DNA of 64,000 nt from an uncultured Candidatus Saccharibacteria bacterium (GTDB lineage: Bacteria; Patescibacteriota; Minisyncoccia; Phycocordibacterales; WO2-35-19). Location: positions 69,737 through 133,736 of the forward strand of contig CAZJPJ010000002.1 of the NCBI GenBank assembly GCA_964548205.1, in the 5' to 3' direction. Below, piece after piece: positions 57,096-64,000 of this stretch (the stretch's first letter is position 1; every line of letters begins with the position of its first letter). The notes beneath the pieces were generated by a model that ran no database searches, was not told the origin of the DNA, and was given only the letters and a program-made list of their open reading frames with translations. The translations under genes and the position numbers were made by a program.

Positions 57096-60000
57096 ATGAA
57101 AAATCTGATAAATAATAGTGGAAAGAATTTTCGAGGAGTGATGGCTTCATTCTTGATTTTTTCTGTTGTCTTCGTAAATCCACTTTTGGTTCTTGCTGAT
57201 GAGGTTGTCGACGAGGCCGCACCTGTCCAAGATAATAGTGCGGTTGTAGAAGAGTTAACTACTCCGTCTACGGAAGACTCGGTAGTTGTTGATACTCCTG
57301 CTGACACTATTGTTGACGATAGCTCAGAATCAGAAACACCATCAATAGATGAAAACACAGTGGCAAATGATGAGCCTATGGACGCTTCATCTGATGTATC
57401 TACTGAAGGTGGTCTGGAAGGAAAGACAGAAGGATCTAGGACAGATGAAAAATCTGTAACCATCGATCAGGTTGAAACTGAAACTTCTTCTTCGACACAG
57501 GATTCACAAGAATCTGAGGTTTCAGACCAATCTAATAGCAAATCATTCGCTCCTACTTCTATAAGTTCATCTTCATATTCTGTTGCAAACACAAGCTGTC
57601 TGTTGCCAAGCGCTCTTGGTGATACAAAAGTAGACCCAATAACACATGGTCTAGATGCTGACTCGCTACAGGATATATTTAACACCAACAATACTGTAAA
57701 TAAGAATGTAATCTCTGATCAGGAGCAATATCAGGTTTGGTATACAACCAAGACTGATACTCATATAGTAGTCGAGTATGTAAATCCAGAAGGCAAGTTC
57801 ATTTCTGGCTTGAAGCATGTATTTGGTTTTTACAATATGGGTGACAAGTCTTCATTTGCTCCGCTTATGAAGAACGGGTCAGTTTCAGGTTTTGAATCCG
57901 TACCCCTACTAAGCTCTCATGGTGCCACTACATATTTTGACGTTACAGGAAAGAATAAGGCTATTGGTTTCGCTATAAAATCTAGCGAAAACTCTGCTGT
58001 GCCGGGCTCTCCTTTTGAAAACTATTCGGAAAACAGCTTGAACGATGATCAGGCTGATAAAATGGTCGCTTACAAGATATCTGACAACGAGTACGTGATG
58101 TCTTTTGAAGACTTACCTTATGATATCTCTGACACCGACTACAATGACTACACTGTTCGCATTACGGTTTCTTGTGAGGATATATACAAAAATCATCCTC
58201 CAGTCATAACTCTAATCGGCAACAACCCTCTGGTCATCACGCAGAACTCTACATTTACTGATCCAGGTGCTAGTGCTACAGACACAGAAGACGGCGATCT
58301 AACTTCAGCTATCATTGTAAGTGGCAATGTGGATACATCTGTACTCGGTACTACTACGCTTACATATTCTGTTTCAGACAGTGATGGTGCTACTGCTCAA
58401 GTTACAAGAAACGTGGTGGTTGTAGAGAATACCAATCCATTGATGTGTACAGAAAAAAATCTAGATACTTTTGCATCGGTTGGTGATTATCTAAAATTTA
58501 TTTACAAATCAAATTCTGGCCAAAAGCTTAGCAATACAGTAAAAAACACTGGTATATTGGGTGGAGAACTCGATGTTATGTATGTCGGAGATGTGAGTGG
58601 CAATGTCTCTAGTATTGATATTGGTGGCGGTAATCTAGAATTTAATAATAGTGTTAATACTACTGGAAAGGTGTTGCTTGTCTGGGATGGTGTCGATGGC
58701 GATGCTACAGAAATAAACTACAACGGCCTCAACAGTTTCAACCTTTCTCAAGGTGATAAAGCTGAGTCTATAAAGTTTAATTACAAATCTGATATTACTG
58801 AGAAGAGTATCTACCTAGATATGGTTGTTTACTCAAATGCGAGCAATGCCTCAAAAGCTACATACGTGATATATGGTGGAGATAATCAGGAACACCAAGC
58901 TGAGATAAAGCTATCTAGCTTTACAAATTTCTTGGGTAACGGAGCTGATTTTAAGAACGTCGGAGCCATTACGCTGAGTATCGATCTGACAGCCGGTACA
59001 GGTATAGATTTTGCTTTAAACAGCATAAATGTTGGTTGTGAAAGTGGTGATAATGGTGGTAATGGAGGTGGTGGTGGTGGAGATAATGATCCAAGTTTTA
59101 TTTGCCCACTTGAAACAAAAACAAACAGAATAATAGTTAGCTTTGAGGATGTTTGGGATGGTCTAAAGGGTGGCAAAATATTTGGAAATCAGGGATGGCA
59201 GAAAATGATAAGAGGTCCTTCTTCTACAAACATACCAGCTGGTGAATATAAAGTGACTTTCGTATCTTATGATGATAAGCATCCAAACGAAGTTACTCAG
59301 AATCATGAGCAATACAGAGTCTATCTTATGACTTCTTATGGTCATGACATAATAGGTCCAAGTGCAGACTTGCCTGACAACCAAACTTCACTCGTATATA
59401 CTCTCCCAAATACAATAAATATTACCGAGACTATTACTGAAGTTTATGCAAAGCACTATGCTTATCCGAACGGAAGCAACGACGAAGACGGAGTGTACCC
59501 TGTATGTGTAGCGTTCGATGCAGCTACTTCTACTCCTGTTATCAAATATCCTCCAGTCATAACTCTAATCGGCAACAATCCTCTAATTATCACGCAGAAC
59601 TCTACATTTACTGATCCAGGTGCTAGTGCTACAGACACAGAAGACGGCGATCTAACTTCAGCTATCATTGTAAGTGGCAATGTGGATACATCTGTACTCG
59701 GTACTACTACGCTTACGTATTCTGTAAAGGACAGTGACAACAATCAGGCTACTACTACAAGAGATGTAGTCGTCGAAGCAGCGGCAAATACTCCTGCAAT
59801 TTGTTCTGACAACATCGACAATGATGGTGATGGTAAAGTTGATGCGGATGATCCTGGTTGTCATCGTGATAACGATCCAAATAATAGTTCATCTTATGAT
59901 CCAAATGATGGAGATGAAACAGATGCAACTACACCTACAAATCCTCCTACAAATACCGGAGGTAGTGGAGGCGGAAGTAATGGTGGTGGCAGCAGTAATA

Positions 60001-61028
60001 CAGGAGGTCATAGAAGAGACATCTCAAATCTGATCTCAACTGGTGAAATCCTAGGTGCAACATCCTGCTTCTACTTGCGAGATTATCTAAGACAAGATTG
60101 GCAAAACGACAAAATAGAAGTCCTTAAGTTGCAGTCCTTCTTGAATGTCTTTGAAGGAGAAAAATTGTCCTTGAGTGGTGTCTTTGATCAATATACCTTT
60201 GACGCTGTATCAAGATTTCAATTGAAATATGATAGCGATATCCTTTCTCCTTGGGGCCACGACAACTCAACAGGTTTTGTCTACATTCTTACAAAGAAAA
60301 AAGTAAACGAGATATATTGTTCAACGCTATTCCCAGTATCAGCTTCACAACAGCAAGAAATAGACGCTTTTCGTTCAATGCTTTTGAATGGAGGTTTTAG
60401 GGGAATAGATACAGGTGACAGTATAGGTTCAGATTCTTCAAGTAATGGCTTGGTGAATGATGGTCTTAACACAGAAGAAGCTTCGACTGCTCAAAGTGTT
60501 GTAAATAATGTAAAAGAAGTAGGAAGTAGGGCAGAGGGTATAGTTAAGAATGCTGCAATTTCATTGCTCGCATTTCCAAATAACTTGAATCTAGGTACAC
60601 AGTGTCTAGAACAAGGTTGTCTGATAGTATTCGTTGTGTTGCTCGCTATCGTGTATCTACTTGCTGGACATATATCAAGAATCATCAAGATAGATCATTA
60701 TACTTATAGGCGAACATCTGTACTGTTTATCATAGGTTCACTACTTGCTATCTTGCTTGGGATTCTTGCTCCACTTTATTGCATCATATTGCCGTTTATC
60801 TTGGCGATAGTGGTAGCAGTAATAATCTTATTGGTTAGAGGTAGAAACAATGGTGCCCACTCAACTCAGTCTGAATCAGATGTAAGTGGCATGAAGAAGG
60901 TTGTAGAAGTGCCAAATATGCACGAGCAAGATGCTAAAAACTTTGGTTTTAGTTCTCTAAAACTTGAAGATAAGTCAGAATTAGATTTGCCCGATGAGAT
61001 AATAATAGACGAAAGCGAAACAGAATAA
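57096..61028 (+). CDS. Giant cell-surface protein: signal peptide, acidic low-complexity region, two near-identical Ig-like (DUF5011/HYR-like) domains, DNDGDG motif, Gly-rich linker, C-terminal multi-TM anchor
   Basis: 1310 aa. PPVITLIGNNPL(V/I)ITQNSTFTDPGASATDTEDGDLTSAIIVSGNVDTSVLGTTTLTYSV occurs twice. CSDNIDNDGDGKVDADDPGC motif. C-terminal hydrophobic helices. Confidence 0.8.
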   Translation: MKNLINNSGKNFRGVMASFLIFSVVFVNPLLVLADEVVDEAAPVQDNSAVVEELTTPSTEDSVVVDTPADTIVDDSSESETPSIDENTVANDEPMDASSDVSTEGGLEGKTEGSRTDEKSVTIDQVETETSSSTQDSQESEVSDQSNSKSFAPTSISSSSYSVANTSCLLPSALGDTKVDPITHGLDADSLQDIFNTNNTVNKNVISDQEQYQVWYTTKTDTHIVVEYVNPEGKFISGLKHVFGFYNMGDKSSFAPLMKNGSVSGFESVPLLSSHGATTYFDVTGKNKAIGFAIKSSENSAVPGSPFENYSENSLNDDQADKMVAYKISDNEYVMSFEDLPYDISDTDYNDYTVRITVSCEDIYKNHPPVITLIGNNPLVITQNSTFTDPGASATDTEDGDLTSAIIVSGNVDTSVLGTTTLTYSVSDSDGATAQVTRNVVVVENTNPLMCTEKNLDTFASVGDYLKFIYKSNSGQKLSNTVKNTGILGGELDVMYVGDVSGNVSSIDIGGGNLEFNNSVNTTGKVLLVWDGVDGDATEINYNGLNSFNLSQGDKAESIKFNYKSDITEKSIYLDMVVYSNASNASKATYVIYGGDNQEHQAEIKLSSFTNFLGNGADFKNVGAITLSIDLTAGTGIDFALNSINVGCESGDNGGNGGGGGGDNDPSFICPLETKTNRIIVSFEDVWDGLKGGKIFGNQGWQKMIRGPSSTNIPAGEYKVTFVSYDDKHPNEVTQNHEQYRVYLMTSYGHDIIGPSADLPDNQTSLVYTLPNTINITETITEVYAKHYAYPNGSNDEDGVYPVCVAFDAATSTPVIKYPPVITLIGNNPLIITQNSTFTDPGASATDTEDGDLTSAIIVSGNVDTSVLGTTTLTYSVKDSDNNQATTTRDVVVEAAANTPAICSDNIDNDGDGKVDADDPGCHRDNDPNNSSSYDPNDGDETDATTPTNPPTNTGGSGGGSNGGGSSNTGGHRRDISNLISTGEILGATSCFYLRDYLRQDWQNDKIEVLKLQSFLNVFEGEKLSLSGVFDQYTFDAVSRFQLKYDSDILSPWGHDNSTGFVYILTKKKVNEIYCSTLFPVSASQQQEIDAFRSMLLNGGFRGIDTGDSIGSDSSSNGLVNDGLNTEEASTAQSVVNNVKEVGSRAEGIVKNAAISLLAFPNNLNLGTQCLEQGCLIVFVVLLAIVYLLAGHISRIIKIDHYTYRRTSVLFIIGSLLAILLGILAPLYCIILPFILAIVVAVIILLVRGRNNGAHSTQSESDVSGMKKVVEVPNMHEQDAKNFGFSSLKLEDKSELDLPDEIIIDESETE
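58195..58390 (+). repeat. Intragenic direct repeat copy 1 (~195 bp, ~95% identical to 59539-59734)
   Basis: cctccagtcataactctaatcggcaacaa...ggtactactacgcttac is repeated almost verbatim 1.34 kb downstream. Confidence 0.8.
59539..59734 (+). repeat. Intragenic direct repeat copy 2
   Basis: See copy 1. Only a few substitutions (ccctctggtc vs tcctctaatt). Confidence 0.8.
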
Positions 61029-61060
61029 AAAACAAAAAGCCCCCTAGAGGGGCTTTTTGT

Positions 61061-62251
61061 TTAGATACTCTGGTTGCCGTTTGCTTTCAGATCATCAGCG
61101 TTATTTGCTCCTTGTTCTACGTATTGCAGATAGCCAGTCGCCGCGATCATGGTAGCGTTATCCGTAGTCAACATCTTTTCTGGTATCAGTGTTTTTACCC
61201 CACATTCATCACCGAGAGTTTGAAGCTTTAGTCTTAGGTATTTGTTGGCTATAACTCCTCCGCCTACTATCAGTGTTTTTGCATTTGTTTGCTCGAGTGC
61301 TTTTTTGGTTTTCGATACCAAAACTTCTGTGACAGCTTCTTCGAATTCGTAGGCTACTTTTTGTTTTAGTTCTAGAGAAAAAAAAGTTACTTTGCTCTCT
61401 TGTCCTCCCCGACTCTCGTCGGGTCCGGATGTTCGCTCCGCAACTTTTTTTTCTCTATCACGTAAATAGTACAAAACTGCTGTTTTTAGACCAGAAAAAG
61501 AGAAATTAAGGTCTTTGGAGTGCATCATAGGGCGGGGGAATTTGAAATTTGCCTCAATACCTTTCTCTCTGGCCTCATTGGCCAGCTTCGATATTTCAGG
61601 GCCTCCAGGGTAGGAAAGTCCGAGCATTCTGGCTACTTTGTCGTAAGCTTCGCCCACAGCGTCGTCGAGTGTTTGGCCTATTTTTTCCTTCTTGGTCCAA
61701 CTATCGAGTCTGACAAGCTCTGTATGCCCACCACTTATGAGCAGTGCTACGGCTGGAAATATTATAGAGTTTGGATTTTGTGATTTGTGATTTGTCATTT
61801 CTTCCGTTTTGTTAAGTAAAACAGAAGCTATATGACCCTCCATATGGTTTGCCCCCACTATCGGGATTTGCCACTTTTTGCTCAAATCCTTGGCGAACTC
61901 TATGCCTGTCCAAAGAGCTGGCTCAAGCCCAGGGCCTACTGTGACTGCTATAAGATCGATCGGGAAGCTTTTGTCTACATTTTTCTCCATCCATAATTCA
62001 TGATTCATAATACTTAATTCACCTCCGATCCCTGCTTCTTCAAGGGCTTTCTCAAGTACTATAGGCAGGTATTTCTGGTGCTCTCTCTTCGCTATATTTG
62101 GTACTACTCCACCAAACTCTTCGTGTTCTTTTATTTGAGAGTGGACTATATGAGAGAGTACTCTGAAAGTAGGCTTATCCAAACCTCCTTTTGCTTCGAC
62201 TATGCTTATAGCTGTCTCATCGCAACTTGTCTCTATACCTAGTATCAACAT
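61061..62251 (-). CDS. tsaD: tRNA N6-adenosine threonylcarbamoyltransferase TsaD (Kae1/Gcp family)
   Basis: MLILGIETSCDETAISIV N-terminus and metal-binding H-x-x-H (HMEGHIAS). Contains a ~25-aa Ser/Gly/Glu-rich insertion. Confidence 0.85.
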   Translation of the reverse strand: MLILGIETSCDETAISIVEAKGGLDKPTFRVLSHIVHSQIKEHEEFGGVVPNIAKREHQKYLPIVLEKALEEAGIGGELSIMNHELWMEKNVDKSFPIDLIAVTVGPGLEPALWTGIEFAKDLSKKWQIPIVGANHMEGHIASVLLNKTEEMTNHKSQNPNSIIFPAVALLISGGHTELVRLDSWTKKEKIGQTLDDAVGEAYDKVARMLGLSYPGGPEISKLANEAREKGIEANFKFPRPMMHSKDLNFSFSGLKTAVLYYLRDREKKVAERTSGPDESRGGQESKVTFFSLELKQKVAYEFEEAVTEVLVSKTKKALEQTNAKTLIVGGGVIANKYLRLKLQTLGDECGVKTLIPEKMLTTDNATMIAATGYLQYVEQGANNADDLKANGNQSI

Positions 62252-62344
62252 GGGGAAAATATATCACAAATGTACAGAATAAGTGCTTTTGTATCAAAAT
62301 CCATACCTCTCCCTTAACGACATAATTGAGGGGAAAATAAAAAA

Positions 62345-62962
62345 CTAACTATTTAATAGGTTACCAGTCCTGGGTATATATCCTTTATTATCGAAGCCTT
62401 CAATTTTTTTAAAAAAATTTGGCTTTGCCTTTCTTGGTACATCTGCTTTTTGTCTCAATTGCCAAGAGCCAAAACCTTTGAAATATACTATTTCTACTTT
62501 TTTTCCTAATTCCTGTGCTCCTGTTGTTGCCCCAACAAAATCGTGATCGTTTGAAACAATAATGGCAGTATCGTACTTATTTAAAGCGGCCATTTTAACT
62601 ATGTCGGTGGTCATTTGGGTGTCCAAATTTTTCTCCTGTAAATTTCCTTTGCCCCCATTTACTGTTGCATAATGTATAAAAATATTTTCTATCTTGGATA
62701 CTAAGCCGTAGTATTTCATGGTAAAGGAGTATCTATTCTTATCAGCCTCATCGCCTTGTATTAAATATGCAGGAGGGGGAGCACAATAAAAACCAATAAA
62801 CGCCAAAGTTCTATTCCCAGCCAATTTTTTTGCAAGGTGTTCGGGGCAATAGGCGGAAGGATATGAAAAATTTCCCACTTTTTGTAAATCTTTGATTGTG
62901 TTAAGAACGTTACTATTATCTATAAAAATTGCCACACGATTAAGTGAATCCATGAAAATCAA
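62345..62962 (-). CDS. NYN-domain (LabA-like) protein
   Basis: VAIFIDNSNV...LDTQMTTDIV...AIIVSNDHDF pattern of NYN/PIN-like nucleases. Confidence 0.55.
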   Translation of the reverse strand: MIFMDSLNRVAIFIDNSNVLNTIKDLQKVGNFSYPSAYCPEHLAKKLAGNRTLAFIGFYCAPPPAYLIQGDEADKNRYSFTMKYYGLVSKIENIFIHYATVNGGKGNLQEKNLDTQMTTDIVKMAALNKYDTAIIVSNDHDFVGATTGAQELGKKVEIVYFKGFGSWQLRQKADVPRKAKPNFFKKIEGFDNKGYIPRTGNLLNS

Positions 62963-63099
62963 TCTAACATAAAAATAGACAAAAACAAAGAGGGGTTGCC
63001 CCCTCTTTGTTGCTTATTAGCACCGAAGTACCAATAAGGATTTATTTAACAATTATTATATACTTACAATTGAGAATTTTCGATGAAGATTGTGGAAAA

Positions 63100-64000
63100 C
63101 TCTCTAGAGTAATGCTATCATAGTTGGGTAAAAATATCAAGTTACCATGAATAAGGCCATTTTTATCTCTATTTTGAAGCGTGTAATAAAGCACCCATTA
63201 AAACGCCAAACCTCTGATTGTCGTTGCCTCGATTGTTGTAATGAAAGACAAAAGCGTCAAGGTAAGACTGTAAGTGCTGTCTAGAAATAACTTTGAAAGT
63301 ACCCTTGATACTTCTCTTTAGGTGGCTGAAAAATGTCTCCACTGTGTTTATATAAACATCACCTCTGACATACTCGCCTCTGTGGTGGTCTACAGCTTCT
63401 CTTTTGTGAGTCTTGTCGCTTCTCCAGTATATCTTTGAGCTATCAGTTAAAATTCTAGTCTTCTTTGTATCTATATTTCTTTCGATAAAGTCTTGCATAG
63501 TTTGAGCAGTATTGTTTGGAGTTATCTCTGCTTTAATCTTTCCTCCTCTTTCTACTGCTACCATAACAACTGATTTTTTAGACATAACCTTGCTCAAGTT
63601 TTCATTATCCTTTCCAGCGTTGCCTTTACCTCCGAAATATCCTGTATCAATTTCTACATCGCCCCTAAGTTTAATACTATCTTGTTTTAGTGATTTTCTA
63701 ATTAAGCTAAGTATCCTCCAAGCTGTCTTGTATGTACAACCAAGCTGTCTTTCAAGTTCCTTTGCTGAAATACCGCTTTTAGCATTTGAGAATATCCATA
63801 TAGCGTGGAACCAATCAGAGAGTTTGGTATCCGACTTATGAAATATGGTATTGGCACAAGGAGCTATCTGGTATCTACATTTAGAGCATTGAAACTGCTT
63901 TCTACCCTTTATCTGTCTGTATTCACCACCACAAGAGCATTTACGACTGTGTAGGGTATCGAATATCAAAGCTAGACATGCCTCATCTGTGGGGAAGTCT
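63100..64000 (-). mobile_element. IS1595-family insertion sequence (partial; one end beyond the window)
   Basis: Transposase ORF reaches to within 31 bp of the window end. Terminal inverted repeats cannot be assessed. Confidence 0.55.
63169..63969 (-). CDS. IS1595-family transposase (ISXO2-like DDE domain with N-terminal zinc ribbon)
   Basis: N-terminal C-x2-C...C-x2-C zinc ribbon and VEIDTGYFGGK (IS1595 signature EIDETY.GGK). Confidence 0.8.
   Translation of the reverse strand: MIFDTLHSRKCSCGGEYRQIKGRKQFQCSKCRYQIAPCANTIFHKSDTKLSDWFHAIWIFSNAKSGISAKELERQLGCTYKTAWRILSLIRKSLKQDSIKLRGDVEIDTGYFGGKGNAGKDNENLSKVMSKKSVVMVAVERGGKIKAEITPNNTAQTMQDFIERNIDTKKTRILTDSSKIYWRSDKTHKREAVDHHRGEYVRGDVYINTVETFFSHLKRSIKGTFKVISRQHLQSYLDAFVFHYNNRGNDNQRFGVLMGALLHASK

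Overview
This is a 64 kb window from a low-GC bacterial chromosome. It has many small genes, very large secreted surface proteins, cohesin/dockerin-like modules and short aminoacyl-tRNA synthetases, which suggests a CPR/Patescibacteria-like organism; that placement is inference from gene content only.

The housekeeping backbone includes galU, prfB (RF2), ftsE, ftsX, pyrG, an msrA-msrB-thioredoxin-ccdA-dsbA redox cluster, RNase J, an OppA-like binding protein, secG, groES/groEL, lemA, valS and tsaD. I identify four tRNAs by hand-folding: two tRNA-Thr flanking galU, a tRNA-Gln and a tRNA-Phe.

Accessory content:
- A 3'-truncated cyclodipeptide-synthase-like gene at the window start, followed by HD-hydrolase and methyltransferase genes, with a 24-bp repeat after each of the latter two genes.
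- An AT-rich two-gene HEPN-like/membrane module beside tRNA-Gln, which also carries a tRNA 3'-end duplication that looks like an integration scar.
- A GC-rich five-gene island of unknown function at 19.9-22.3 kb.
- A surface-protein locus at 24.3-36.2 kb, which I rate the best candidate for an undescribed system. It contains a giant tandem-propeller protein, a small paralogue sharing its C-terminal domain, a DUF916-like anchored protein, a dockerin-type protein and two cohesin-like anchored proteins.
- A GC-rich NhaD-like antiporter gene.
- A second giant surface protein with near-identical internal repeats and an operator-like palindrome in its promoter.
- An IS1595-family transposase at the window end.

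Several GC-rich, hairpin-dense intergenic regions with good promoters and terminators look like small RNAs. No CRISPR array or rRNA was seen.
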